64,000 bases of DNA, taken from contig CAVYBU010000027.1 of the NCBI GenBank assembly GCA_963766735.1, positions 32,001 to 96,000 of the forward strand, read 5' to 3'. This stretch comes from an uncultured Chloroflexia bacterium (lineage in GTDB: Bacteria; Chloroflexota; Limnocylindria; Limnocylindrales; CSP1-4). The translations under genes were made by a program, and so were the position numbers. Shown here one piece after another: positions 1 to 10,209 of this stretch (positions are counted from its first letter, which is position 1; the number at the start of each line of letters is the position of its first letter). A model generated the notes under the pieces. It worked only from the letters and a program-made list of their open reading frames with translations, ran no database searches and had not been told where the DNA came from.

Positions 1-1
1 C

Positions 2-1615
2 CGCAGCCTCTCGTTCCTCGAGGACTACATCCGCGAGGCGGTCCTGCCGCTGTACGCGAACACCCACACCGAGAGCTCCGGCACGGGGCTCCAGACCAGC
101 CGCTTCCGCGAGGAGGCACGCCGCCTGGTGCTCGAGGGCGTGGGCGGGGACCCGGAGCGGCACGCGGTCATCTTCGTGGGTTCCGGCTCCACCGCTGCGA
201 TCAACCGCCTGGTGGACGTGCTCCAGCTGCGTCTTCCGGCCGACCTCGCAGACCAGTGGGACCTGCGCGCGCACATCCCGGCCGACCAGCGCCCGGTCGT
301 GTTCATCGGCCCCTATGAGCACCACAGCAACGAGCTGCCGTGGCGAGAGTCGATCGCGGACGTGATCACGATCCACGAGGACCGCGACGGCGAGATCGAC
401 CTCGCGCAGCTTGCCGAGGAGCTCGTCCGGTACGCGGACCGGCCCCTGAAGATCGGCAGCTTCTCGGCTGCGTCCAACGTGACCGGCATCGTGTCCGACA
501 CGGCTGCCATATCGCGGCTCCTCCACGAGCACGGGTCGCTGTCCTTCTTCGATTTCGCGGCCGCGGCGCCCTATGTCGAGATCCAGATGGACCCGGCGGA
601 CGATGCGCAGGCGTCCATGGACGCGGTGTTCATCAGCCCGCACAAGTTCATCGGCGGACCGGGCACGCCCGGGGTGCTGGTGGCGCGCCGGGACCTCTTT
701 CGCAACCGGGTGCCGAGCATGCCCGGAGGCGGCACCGTCGCCTACGTCAACACGGTCGAGCACGTGTACCTCACCGAGATCGAGCACCGCGAGGAGGGCG
801 GCACGCCGGCCATCGTGGAGTCGATCCGCGCCGGCCTCGTGTTCGGGCTCAAGGCCGCGGTGGGCACCGAGGCGATCCGGGAGCGCGAGGCGGACTTCAT
901 CGGCCGGGCCCTTCATCGCTGGGGGACCAATCCCGCCATCGAGATCCTCGGCAGCCACCAGGCGGAGCGCCTCTCGATCGTCTCGTTCGTCGTCCGCCGG
1001 GAGGGCAAGTACCTGCACCACAACTTCGTGGTGGCGCTGCTCAACGACCTGTTCGGGATCCAGTCCCGGGGCGGGTGCTCGTGCGCCGGGCCGTATGGAC
1101 ACCGGCTGCTGGGCATCGACGTCGCGACCAGCCACGAGTTCGAGCGCGAGATCACCCGCGGCTGCGAGGGGATCAAGCCCGGCTGGGTGCGGGTGAACTT
1201 CAACTACTTCATCGGCGAGGAGGTGTTCGACTTCATCCTGGATGCCGTGGACCTGGTGGCGAGCGAGGGCTGGCGACTGCTGCCCGATTACGCGTTCGAC
1301 CCCGCGACCGGTCTCTGGCGCAACCGGGCGGGCCTGCCGGAGCCGCCGCTCTCGCTCCGCGACATCCGCTATGACGACGGCGCGATGACGTGGGCAGCGC
1401 ACCGGCACCGGGAGCCGGTCGGCCGCCTGGAGGAGTACCTGGACGAGGCACGGGTGCTGCTCGCCCGACCACCGAGGGCGCTCGCCTCGCCGACGATCGT
1501 CCCGGGCGAGGTCGGGCCCGACTTCGAGGACTTGCGGTGGTTTCTCTTCCCGGAGGACGTGTCGCCGGCTGAGGCGGACATGCCGCCCATCGAGGCGGGC
1601 GCAGGCGATGGCTGA
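2..1615 (+). CDS. Aminotransferase class V / cysteine desulfurase-like PLP enzyme (5' truncated by window edge)
   Basis: The frame is open from base 2 (RSLSFLEDYIREAVLPLYANTHTESS...). Motifs EHHSNELPW, DFAAAAPY, SPHKFIGGPG (PLP lysine) and RGGCSCAG. Confidence 0.88.
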   Translation, partial: RSLSFLEDYIREAVLPLYANTHTESSGTGLQTSRFREEARRLVLEGVGGDPERHAVIFVGSGSTAAINRLVDVLQLRLPADLADQWDLRAHIPADQRPVVFIGPYEHHSNELPWRESIADVITIHEDRDGEIDLAQLAEELVRYADRPLKIGSFSAASNVTGIVSDTAAISRLLHEHGSLSFFDFAAAAPYVEIQMDPADDAQASMDAVFISPHKFIGGPGTPGVLVARRDLFRNRVPSMPGGGTVAYVNTVEHVYLTEIEHREEGGTPAIVESIRAGLVFGLKAAVGTEAIREREADFIGRALHRWGTNPAIEILGSHQAERLSIVSFVVRREGKYLHHNFVVALLNDLFGIQSRGGCSCAGPYGHRLLGIDVATSHEFEREITRGCEGIKPGWVRVNFNYFIGEEVFDFILDAVDLVASEGWRLLPDYAFDPATGLWRNRAGLPEPPLSLRDIRYDDGAMTWAAHRHREPVGRLEEYLDEARVLLARPPRALASPTIVPGEVGPDFEDLRWFLFPEDVSPAEADMPPIEAGAGDG

Positions 1616-3029
1616 TCGCACCCTCGCGGTCCTCGGCCTGGACGTCGGGACGACCGAAGCCAAGGCTGCCCTCGTCGGGCTGGACGGGCGCCTCCTTGGC
1701 CTGGGCCGCGCGGCGTACCCGATGGACCTGGGGCCGGGCGGCCGCGCCGAGCAGGACCCGCACCTGTGGCGGGACGGCCTGGCCGAGGCCGTCGCCACGT
1801 TGGAGCCGGTCGCCGCGGGCGGCCCCGAGGCGCCCGAGATCCTCGCGATCTGCTGCGTCTCACAAGGCCCGACGCTGGTCGCGGTGGACGAGGCGGGCGA
1901 GCCCGTGCGCCCGGCGATCACGTGGCAGGACCGGCGGGCCGGAGGCACCGGGTTCGGGCTGCTGCCGAAGATGGCCTGGCTTGCGCGCGAGGATCCGGAA
2001 GCCGCGGCGCGGGCGGCATGGCTGGTGCCGGCCTGGGACGCGATGGGCCTGTGGCTCAGCGGGGAGGCGGCCTCATCCCTCCAGGGTCACGAGACGGTGC
2101 CGTCCGGCGCGGAGCTCGCGGACGCCGGGGTTCGGGCCTCGCAGGTGCCTCCGGCGCGGCCGTTCGGGGCCCGGCTGGGCTCGCTGACCGCCGCCGCCGC
2201 AGAAGTCCTGGGCCTGCGCGCCGGGATCCCGGTGGTCTCCGGCGTCAACGACGGGGCGGCCTCGATGCTGGGCGCAGGCCTCCGTGCGGCAGGCGACGCC
2301 GTGGACACGGGCGGCACGTCCGGGGGCATCGCGATCTACGCCGACCACCCGATCACGCTCCCGGTCGCGGGCCTCTACCAGGCGCCGGCGCCGCTGCCCG
2401 GGCGCTGGGCGGTGGGCGGTGCGATGGCCGCGCTGGGGGCGTCCGTGGGCTGGCTGCGGAGCTCCGTGCTGGGCGACCGGTGGTCCCCGGAGGAGCTGTT
2501 CGCCGAGGCGGCGTCCGTGCCGGCCGGGGCGGATGGCCTGATCTTCCTGCCCTACCTGGCGGGGGAGCGGGCCCCGATCTTCGACGAGGCGGCGCGCGGG
2601 GCGTTCGTCGGCCTGACGCTGGCCCACGGCCGCGCCCACCTGTTCCGCGCCGTGCTGGAGGGTGCCGCGTTCGCGATGCGCCACGTGGCCGAGCCGCTGG
2701 CGGCGGCGGGGGCACCCGCATTGGAGCTCCGCCTGGCCGGTCGGCCAAGCCCCGGCGACCTCTGGGCACGCATCAAGGCGGATGTGCTGGGCGTGCCGGC
2801 GGTGATCCCGGCCGTCGGCGAGACCGCGGTCCTGGGCGCGGCGATCATCGCGGCCGCGGGCGTGGGGGCGGTGCCGTCGCTGGAAGCGGGCGTGGCGTCG
2901 ATGGTGTCGATCGCCCGGCGACTGGAGCCGGACCCCGCGACGCGGGCGGCGTACGACGGGGCCTTCGACGTCTACCGGGCGCTCTATCCGGCGCTGAGGC
3001 CGCTGCAGCGGGACGATGGGGCCCGGTAG
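1608..3029 (+). CDS. FGGY-family carbohydrate kinase (xylulokinase-like)
   Basis: N-terminal GLDVGTT, ITWQDRR, PYLAGERAP and RAVLEG motifs. Overlaps the upstream stop. Confidence 0.88.
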   Translation: MADRTLAVLGLDVGTTEAKAALVGLDGRLLGLGRAAYPMDLGPGGRAEQDPHLWRDGLAEAVATLEPVAAGGPEAPEILAICCVSQGPTLVAVDEAGEPVRPAITWQDRRAGGTGFGLLPKMAWLAREDPEAAARAAWLVPAWDAMGLWLSGEAASSLQGHETVPSGAELADAGVRASQVPPARPFGARLGSLTAAAAEVLGLRAGIPVVSGVNDGAASMLGAGLRAAGDAVDTGGTSGGIAIYADHPITLPVAGLYQAPAPLPGRWAVGGAMAALGASVGWLRSSVLGDRWSPEELFAEAASVPAGADGLIFLPYLAGERAPIFDEAARGAFVGLTLAHGRAHLFRAVLEGAAFAMRHVAEPLAAAGAPALELRLAGRPSPGDLWARIKADVLGVPAVIPAVGETAVLGAAIIAAAGVGAVPSLEAGVASMVSIARRLEPDPATRAAYDGAFDVYRALYPALRPLQRDDGAR

Positions 3030-3098
3030 TCCCCTGACGCAGAGCCGCTGGCGGTCACGCGGACTCCGCGGCGGCGCGGTGATAGCATCCGCGCCAGA

Positions 3099-3262
3099 GC
3101 CTTCGGGGCAGGGTGCGATTCCCGACCGGTGGTAGGGTCCCGAAACGCGGGACGAGCCCACGAGCGGCGCAGCGGCAACAGGGTCCGCGGCGTGCAGCAG
3201 ATCCGAAGACGAGGTCCGCCTCGTCCGCCGGAGCCGACGGTACAGTCCGGATGAGAGAAGGC
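3099..3262 (+). ncRNA. FMN (RFN) riboswitch, variant P5 region
   Basis: Conserved blocks CTTCGGGGCAGGGTGCGATTCCCGACCGGTGGTA, AGCCCACGAGC and CCGGAGCCGACGGTACAGTCCGGATGAGAGAAG. P1 is GCCTTC/GAAGGC. A -10-like TAGCAT sits at 3083-3088. Downstream anti-SD GCCTCC (3300-3305) can pair with GGAGGT (3332-3337). Confidence 0.93.
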
Positions 3263-3342
3263 CAGGGCCGGCACGAGCCGCCGCGGTTCGTGCACGTGCG
3301 CCTCCTGCCCCGTGCTGCTCGATGCATGTACGGAGGTGGTCG

Positions 3343-4296
3343 ATGGCGACGCAGGAGGCCCCCGCAGCGGGATCGCCCGCGCTCGCGCATGTCCACGCCC
3401 CCGTCCCGCCTGCCGGCATCAGAGTCGACGGCGTCTCGCTGACCTTCCGCGGCGCCCGCACGACCCACGTCCTGGACGACATCGATCTCGCCCTCCGGCC
3501 GCGCGAGGTGGTCGCGCTCATCGGCCCCAACGGCTGCGGCAAGAGCACGCTCCTGCGGGTCCTGGGCGGGCTGATCCCCGCCGACGCCGGCGCCGTGACC
3601 ATCGACGGGGACCCCGTGACGGGCCCGGACCCTCGGGTCGGGCTCGTGTTCCAGGAGCCACGACTGCTCTCCTGGCGGTCGGCGGAGGACAACGTCCGCT
3701 TCCCGATGGAGCTCGCGGGCTGGTCGAAGGCGCGCCAGGCGGCGCGGGCGGAGGACCTCCTGGGCCTCGTGGGCCTGCGGGAGTTCGCGGGCGCCCGTCC
3801 GTCGACCCTGTCCGGTGGCACGCGGCAGCGGGTGTCCATCGCCCGAGCCCTCGCGCTGGAACCCAGCCTCCTGCTGCTGGACGAGCCGTTCAGCGCGCTC
3901 GACGCCCTGACCCGCGAGCGCTTCAACGTGGAGCTGCTCCGCCTGTGGGATCGCACGGGGACCACGATCGTCCTCGTCACCCACAGCATCCCGGAGGCGG
4001 TGTTCCTCGCGGACCGCGTGGTCGTCCTCTCGCCGCGCCCCGCCCGGGTGGTTGCGGACATCCGGGTGGAGCTGCCGCGACCGCGTCGTGTCGCGGACCT
4101 GGATTCCGCGTTCGTGTCCCACCTGGCCGCAGAGGTTCGGACCCACCTCGTGGACACCACCGACGACAGCATCGCGATGGAGGAGGCCCGGTCCGCCATC
4201 GAGGCAGGTGTCACTCCGGGTCGGGCCCGTCACGCGGAGACCGCGCCGGGCACTCCCGCCTGGTTCGACCCGTTCCGCCCGGAGGACGAGGCGTGA
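3343..4296 (+). CDS. ABC transporter ATP-binding protein, NitT/TauT family (riboflavin uptake candidate)
   Basis: Walker A GPNGCGKS, signature LSGG, Walker B LLLLDEPF, H-loop VTHS. SD GGAGGT precedes ATG 3343. Confidence 0.9.
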   Translation: MATQEAPAAGSPALAHVHAPVPPAGIRVDGVSLTFRGARTTHVLDDIDLALRPREVVALIGPNGCGKSTLLRVLGGLIPADAGAVTIDGDPVTGPDPRVGLVFQEPRLLSWRSAEDNVRFPMELAGWSKARQAARAEDLLGLVGLREFAGARPSTLSGGTRQRVSIARALALEPSLLLLDEPFSALDALTRERFNVELLRLWDRTGTTIVLVTHSIPEAVFLADRVVVLSPRPARVVADIRVELPRPRRVADLDSAFVSHLAAEVRTHLVDTTDDSIAMEEARSAIEAGVTPGRARHAETAPGTPAWFDPFRPEDEA

Positions 4297-5048
4297 GGCG
4301 CGGCGCCGGCTTCGTGCTTCCCGTTGTCGCCAGCCTCATCGTGTTCGTGCTCGTCTGGCAGCTGGTCGTGTTCGTCACCGGCTACCAGTCGTTCATCCTG
4401 CCCGGTCCGTACACCGTGCTCGAGCGGTTCACGATGGCCTGGGCCGACGGCACGATGTGGCCCCACACGCAGACGACCCTGGTGGAGGTCCTGCTGGGCT
4501 TCGCGATCGGCGCGACCATCGGGCTGGTCACCGGCATCGGCCTCGCACGCTCCCGCCTGGCGGAGCGGCTCCTGAGCCCCTACCTCGTGGCCGCCCAGGC
4601 AACGCCGGTCCTCGTCCTGGCGCCGCTCATCGTCCTCTGGTTCGGCAGCGGGCTGGCGTCCAAGCTCGTCATCTGCACCCTGATCGTCTTCTTCCCGGTT
4701 GCCGTGGCCACGATGGTCGGCATCCGGTCCGTGGACCCGCGGCTGCTGGAGATGGCGAGCAGCTTCCGCGCCACCAGCTGGCAGACGATCACCCGCGTAG
4801 AGGTCCCGGCCGCCCTGCCCGCGATCCTCGGCGGTCTCCGCGTCGGCATCACGCTGGCCGTCATCGGTGCCATCGTCGGCGAGTGGGCCGGCGGCGAGTC
4901 CGGGCTCGGCGTGCTGATCAACATCGCCCGAGGCTCCCTGTTCGACATCCCGCTCATGTTCGCCGCCCTGCTCACGCTCGCGCTGGTCGGGGTGGCGCTG
5001 TATCTCGTCATGGTCCTCGTCGAGCGCCGGCTGGTCGGCGAGCGATGA
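4293..5048 (+). CDS. ribX: ABC transporter permease, RibX/SsuC-like
   Basis: Multi-TM protein with an EAA-like loop (EMASSFRATSWQ) and AIVGEW. GTGA overlap with the ATPase. Lies under the FMN riboswitch. Confidence 0.8.
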   Translation: MRRGAGFVLPVVASLIVFVLVWQLVVFVTGYQSFILPGPYTVLERFTMAWADGTMWPHTQTTLVEVLLGFAIGATIGLVTGIGLARSRLAERLLSPYLVAAQATPVLVLAPLIVLWFGSGLASKLVICTLIVFFPVAVATMVGIRSVDPRLLEMASSFRATSWQTITRVEVPAALPAILGGLRVGITLAVIGAIVGEWAGGESGLGVLINIARGSLFDIPLMFAALLTLALVGVALYLVMVLVERRLVGER

Positions 5049-6133
5049 GCCACGCCCCCCGCGCCCAGGAGGTCCCGATCAAAGTGGTCCAGTCGTCGCG
5101 CCGCACCGCCCTTCAACCGCTCGCCGCCCTGGCGACCGTCGCCGCGCTCATGGTCGCCGCATGCGGAGGGAGTTCCGCATCCCCGTCCGCATCCCCGTCC
5201 GCGTCCCTCATGCCCTCCCCGGCCGTGGAGCCCGTCCCGCTCACGGTGGGCCTGGGCTACATCCCGAGCGTCCAGTTCGCCCAGTTCTACCTCGCCCAGC
5301 AGGCCGGCTACTACGCCGATGCGGGCCTGGAGGTCACGCTCGAGAACAAGATCGACCCGGACCTCATCACGCTCCTGGGCCAGGGCGCGGTGGACATCGG
5401 TAGCGGCGACGGCACGTCCGTGATCCCTGCCGTCAGCCAGGGAATCCCGGTCGTGTACACCGCCACGCTGTACGGCACGTTCCCGGCGGTCGTCGTGGCG
5501 AACGCCGCGTCAGGCATCAGGACTGCCGCGGACCTCAAGGGCAAGACGATCGGGATCCCGGGCAAGTACGGCACGTCCTGGATCCAGCTCCAGGCGCTGC
5601 TCCAGTCCGCGGGCCTCACCACCGACGACGTGGAGATCCAGCTCTTCCCGGACTACGGGCAGACGGCGGCCCTCCAGCAGGGTGCGGTCGATGCCGCGAC
5701 GGGCTTCGCCAACAACGAGCCGATCGTGCTGAAGCGCGCCGGCATCGAGACCGTGGTCCTGGGGATCGACGACAGCATCGCGCTGCCGGGGCCGGGCCTC
5801 GTGACGGGAACCGCGACGCTGGCGTCCAAGCACGACGCCCTCGCCGCCTTCACCGCCGCGACGCTGCGCGCCATGGAGGAGATCACCGCCGACCCGCAGA
5901 AGGGCCTGGACGCGACGTTCGCCAGCGTGCCGGACCTGGCGACAGACCCCGCGCTGCAGCGCGAGATCCTGGACGCGACGATCGCCACCTGGAAGAACCC
6001 GCGGACCGGCGGGGCTCTCGGGTCGATCGACCGCGCCGGGTGGCAGCAGTCGCTGGACTTCATGAGCGGGCTGGGCCTGGTGCCGAACGCGATCACCGTG
6101 GACCAGCTGGTGGACGAGTCGCTGCTGCCCTGA
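5045..6133 (+). CDS. ribY: ABC substrate-binding lipoprotein, RibY/NMT1-THI5-like
   Basis: Lipobox VAAC, motifs LGYIPSVQFAQFY and IGIPGKYG. FMN riboswitch context matches the RibXY riboflavin transporters known in Chloroflexota. Confidence 0.8.
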   Translation: MSHAPRAQEVPIKVVQSSRRTALQPLAALATVAALMVAACGGSSASPSASPSASLMPSPAVEPVPLTVGLGYIPSVQFAQFYLAQQAGYYADAGLEVTLENKIDPDLITLLGQGAVDIGSGDGTSVIPAVSQGIPVVYTATLYGTFPAVVVANAASGIRTAADLKGKTIGIPGKYGTSWIQLQALLQSAGLTTDDVEIQLFPDYGQTAALQQGAVDAATGFANNEPIVLKRAGIETVVLGIDDSIALPGPGLVTGTATLASKHDALAAFTAATLRAMEEITADPQKGLDATFASVPDLATDPALQREILDATIATWKNPRTGGALGSIDRAGWQQSLDFMSGLGLVPNAITVDQLVDESLLP

Positions 6134-6159
6134 GGGGGCCGTTCGAGGCCGTCGTCGAA

Positions 6160-6191
6160 GAAGCCGGGTCCCCGTCGGAGGACCCGGCTTC
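6160..6191. terminator. Bidirectional stem-loop between convergent genes
   Basis: GAAGCCGGGTCC...GGACCCGGCTTC, a perfect 12-bp stem. Confidence 0.7.
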
Positions 6192-6240
6192 GGCTGTGTC
6201 GCCCGGGCGTGTCGCCCGGGCCTCTGTCCTGGCGCCGAGC

Positions 6241-7267
6241 TCAGGCGCCGCTGTCGGTGTAGACGAGCGTTCCCTGGTCGCGTCAGCGTGATCGTCAGCT
6301 GGTTACCCGCGACGGCGTAGCTCGCCGCCGTGCCGATCCCGATGATGTACAGGTCGGAGTACGAGCCGTCTGCGCAGGCCACCGTCGTGGTGGGCCCGGG
6401 GGTGATCGTCAGATCCCCCGCCGCCGTGGCCGTGTAGCCGCCGTTGACGGTGTTGCAGTCGGCCTTGGCGGAGAACGTCCCGTCGGTCATGAACTCGATC
6501 GTGTAGTTCGCCTGCTGGTCGGGGGGCACCACGCCCTGGAAGGCCGGGTCCCTCAGCGTGATCGCCGTCAGCTGCCAGGCCTTGCCCGTGAGGTCGCCGC
6601 CCGGCGTCGGTGTCGCCGTCGGTGCCGGGGTCGGCTTGGGCGTCGGCGCCGGGGTGGGGGCGACCGTCGGCTTCGACGTGGGGGCCCCCGTGGGCGTCGC
6701 GGTCGGCTTGGCAGTCGGCGTCGGTGACGGGGTCGGCTTCGCCGTTGGCGTGGGGGTCGGCTTGGCCGTTGGGCTGGCGGTCGGCTGCTCGGTCGGCTGC
6801 TCGGTCGGCGGTTCGGTGGCCGCGGGTGTGGGCCCACCGGGGATGCCCACGACGAAGGTCATCGTGCCCTCGTCGTTCAGGGTGATCGTCAGCGTGTCGT
6901 CTGTGATCACGTAGTTCTTCGCGCGGGTCAGACCGTGAGCGAACAGGTCGCCGAACGATCCCTCCGGGCACAGGGCGAGCGTCGAGATCCCGGGGTTGAT
7001 CGTCAGGCTGTCCCGGCGGTTCGTCTCCCAGGTGCCCGCGATCTGGTTGCAGTCGGCCGTCCCGCGGTACTTCCCGTCGTCGTTGAAGGTGATGACGTAC
7101 TTGCCCTGGTTCTCGGGCGCGATGACGCCCTGGTACGCCGGCACCTTCTCGGTGATCGCGGTCAGCTGCCAGTCCCTGCCCGTGAGCTGGTCCGAGCTGC
7201 TCGAGCCGCAGGCGGCCACGATGGCGGCCGCGGCGGCGGCAAGCGCGATGAGCGTGATCTTTCGCAT
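6241..7267 (-). CDS. META-domain (HslJ-like) lipoprotein, two META domains joined by a Pro/Thr linker; +1 frameshift near the 3' end
   Basis: Lipobox VAAC and duplicated WQLTAIT...ADCN...TLTITL. Removing one base near 6281 gives ...TITLTDQGTLVYTDSGA* (stop 6241-6243), matching the end of domain 1 and ending before the terminator. Confidence 0.82.
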
Positions 7268-7430
7268 GCAGCTGCTCCTGGTGTGGTGTTCGGTGTCCGT
7301 TGAGTACTTGAACCGGCGCCGACGACTTGCTCAGCCGGTTGCGGCAAGCCGAAGGATGTGCATAAGCGCGCGGAGCCGGGCGGTTGATGCGTCCGCGGCG
7401 CCACCGGCGCCACGGGGTAGAGTTGCACGG

Positions 7431-7505
7431 GGGCCCGTAGCTCAGCGGTAGAGCAGGGGACTTTTAATCCCTTGGTCCTGGGTTCGAATCCCAGCGGGCT
7501 CACCA
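7431..7505 (+). tRNA. tRNA-Lys (UUU)
   Basis: Acceptor stem GGGCCCG/CGGGCTC, anticodon loop CT-TTT-AA, T-loop GTTCGAATC, encoded CCA. Confidence 0.97.
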
Positions 7506-7507
7506 CG

Positions 7508-7549
7508 CTCCGGATCGGGCGCGGGACGGCCCCTCCGGGCGATCCGGAG
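7508..7549. terminator. Stem-loop downstream of tRNA-Lys
   Basis: CTCCGGATCG...CGATCCGGAG inverted repeat between convergent units. Confidence 0.5.
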
Positions 7550-7611
7550 GGGCTGGAAACCTGCGCCGGCCGAGTCGGCGATCCCTTCCACGGGTGCCAG
7601 CGGCCCAGAGA

Positions 7612-8385
7612 CTACGGGGCCGGGACGAGCGTGATCTGGTTCTCGCCGCCGGCGGCCTTCAGGGTGAGGATGTTGCCCGTCTGGTCGAACGTCGTCGAGG
7701 CCTGGAGAGCCGCCAGGAACTGCTGCTCCTGCTGGTTCACCGCCTCGTCGGCGCACGCCCGCATCGTCGAGGCGAGGGGGCCGATCTTGAGGGTGGTGCC
7801 GTCGAGCGTGTACCCACCGCTGTACTCGTTGCAGCCTGCGGATCCCGAGACCTGGTCGGCCGTGAAGATCGCGGTGAGCATGCTGCCTTCGACCGGCGAG
7901 ACGACGGCCTGATTGCCGTTGTTGTAGCCGGTGACGTCCCACGACCCCTCGAGCGGGTTCGCGGCGGCGGCGGCGTAGACCAGGATCGACTTGCCGGAGC
8001 CGTCGAACAGGGTCAGCGCGTCGCTGGTGGCGGTGAAGGTGGCAGCATTGGCCAGGTTGGCGAGATATGCCTGCTCCAGCGCGGTCTTGTCCGGGTCGCA
8101 GGCCATCGCCGTGGTCGCAGCGGGCCCGACCTTGATCGTCGCGTCGGAGATCGTCACCGCGGCGTTGTAGACGTTGCAGCCCGAGAATCCGCTGACCTTG
8201 CCGTCGGCGAACTTCGCATCGACCCGCGTCCCATCCGGGACGGCGGTGGCGGTCCCGGAGACGTCGTACGTCGTGAGGGCCCAGCTGGTTCCGTCGATCG
8301 TCCCGCCGGTCCCACCGGAGGCCGAACAGGCGGTGACGGTAACGGCGATGGCCGCGATGGCCAGTCCGGTCATGATCTTGCGCAT
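7612..8385 (-). CDS. META-domain lipoprotein (two META domains)
   Basis: MRKIMTGLAIAAIAVTVTAC lipoprotein signal, with SGFSGCN...TAMAC and SGSAGCN...TMRAC repeats. Confidence 0.88.
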   Translation of the reverse strand: MRKIMTGLAIAAIAVTVTACSASGGTGGTIDGTSWALTTYDVSGTATAVPDGTRVDAKFADGKVSGFSGCNVYNAAVTISDATIKVGPAATTAMACDPDKTALEQAYLANLANAATFTATSDALTLFDGSGKSILVYAAAAANPLEGSWDVTGYNNGNQAVVSPVEGSMLTAIFTADQVSGSAGCNEYSGGYTLDGTTLKIGPLASTMRACADEAVNQQEQQFLAALQASTTFDQTGNILTLKAAGGENQITLVPAP

Positions 8386-8695
8386 CTGAGTCCCTTCGAA
8401 GCATGGGGTAGACAAGCATCTCGAACGCAGCGACACCACCCCGCATCGCCGCGGTCCGCTCGGCAGGCTAGCACAAGAGTCCAAGGATGAACCCGACGAT
8501 CGATTGCCGATGATTGCGTTCCCCGGCAGGCTGCCAAAACCCCGGCCTGGGTGTGTTGGCGAGCGCCGCGGGCGAGGACCCGGCGAGGCGCGCCCGGCGA
8601 GGCCGCCGGTGAGCGAGAGGTGAGGGGCCGGCCCGAGCGGGTTATCGCGTACGCTTGTGCCGCAACATCGTCCGAACCAGGGAGGGTCGTGCATC

Positions 8696-10202
8696 GTGCC
8701 GAACGGAAAGCCGAACATCGTCGTCTTCTGGGGCGACGACATCGGGATCACCAACCTGTCGTGCTACAGCGATGGGCTGATGGGCTACCGCACGCCCAAC
8801 ATCGATCGTGTCGCCAACGAGGGCATGCGGTTCACGGATTCCTACGGGGAGCAGAGCTGCACCGCCGGGCGTTCCGCGTTCATCACCGGTCAGAGCGTGT
8901 ACCGAACCGGCCTGTCCAAGGTGGGCATGCCCGGCTCCGACATCGGCATGCCGGACGAGGATCCGACGATCGCGGAGCTGCTCAAGCCGCTGGGCTACGC
9001 GACGGGGCAGTACGGCAAGAACCACCTGGGCGACCAGGACAGGCACCTGCCGACCGCACACGGGTTCGACGAGTTCTTCGGCAACCTGTACCACCTCAAC
9101 GCCGAGGAGGAGCCCGAGCACCGGGACTATCCCAAGCCCGCGGACTTCCCGGACTTCAAGAAGAACTACGGGCCGCGTGGCGTTCTCCGCTGCAAGGCGA
9201 ACCCGGACGGCACGCAGACGATCGAGGACACCGGACCGCTCACGAAGAAGCGGATGGAGACCATCGACGACGAGATCATCAGCGGCGCCATCGACTTCAT
9301 CGAGCGCAAACATGCCGAGGATGTCCCGTTCTTCCTGTGGGTCAACACCACCCGCATGCACTTCCGGACGCACGTGAAGCCGGAGAGCGTGGGCCAGTCC
9401 GGGCGGTGGCAGTCCGAGTACCACGACGCGATGATCGACCACGACCGCCACGTGGGCCAGGTGCTGGACACTCTCGACGAGCTGGGGATCGCGGACGACA
9501 CGATCTTCGTGTACTCGACCGACAACGGCCCGCACATGAACAGCTGGCCGGACGGCGCGATGACCCCGTTCCGGAGCGAGAAGAACACAAACTGGGAGGG
9601 CGCGTTCCGCGTCCCGCAGATGATCCGGTGGCCGGGAAAGATCCCGGCGGGCGTGGTCTCCAACGAGATCATCAGCCACATGGACTGGATGCCCACGTTG
9701 CTCGCGGCCGCGGGCGACCCGGACGTCACGGAGAAGCTCCTGGTGGGTCACGAGGCGGCCGGCAAGACCTTCAAGGTCCATCTCGACGGGTACGACTTCC
9801 TGCCCTACCTGACCGGCGAGACCGACAAGGGGCCGCGGATCGAGTTCTTCTACTTCAGCGACGACGGCGACCTGGTCGCCACGCGCTACGACAACTGGAA
9901 GCTCGTGTTCGCGGAGCAGCGGGTCGCCGGGCACGCTGCAGGTATGGGCGGAGCCGTTCGTGATGCTCCGTGTCCCGCTCATGTTCAACCTCCGCACCGA
10001 TCCCTTCGAGCGGGCACACACCACGTCCAACACGTACTACGACTGGCTCCTGGATCGCGCCTACCTCGTCATCCCGTCGCAGAGGATCGTGGGCGACTTC
10101 CTGGCCACGTTCATGCAGTTCCCGCCACGCATGAAGGCGGCGAGCTTCACGGTCGACCAGGTGATGGACAAGATGGAAGCCGCGATGCAGGGCGGCCGCT
10201 GA
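8696..10202 (+). CDS. Arylsulfatase (Cys-type formylglycine sulfatase); +1 frameshift at ~9930
   Basis: KPNIVVFWGDDIG, SCTAGRSAFITG, GKNHLGD and TDNG motifs. Deleting one G from the GGG at 9929-9931 restores ...VAGTLQVWAEPFVMLRVP...DPFERA to stop 10202. Confidence 0.9.
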
Positions 10203-10209
10203 GGACAGC

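Noticed and set aside
5510-6240. Long C-terminal extension of the META lipoprotein
   Set aside because: It is frameshift readthrough antisense to ribY. The corrected stop is at 6241.
6600-6840. Repetitive GTCGG-rich DNA
   Set aside because: It is explained by the Pro/Thr linker codons of the META protein.
9925-9935. Programmed ribosomal frameshift in the sulfatase
   Set aside because: There is no slippery heptamer or stimulatory structure, and it is one of several sporadic indels.
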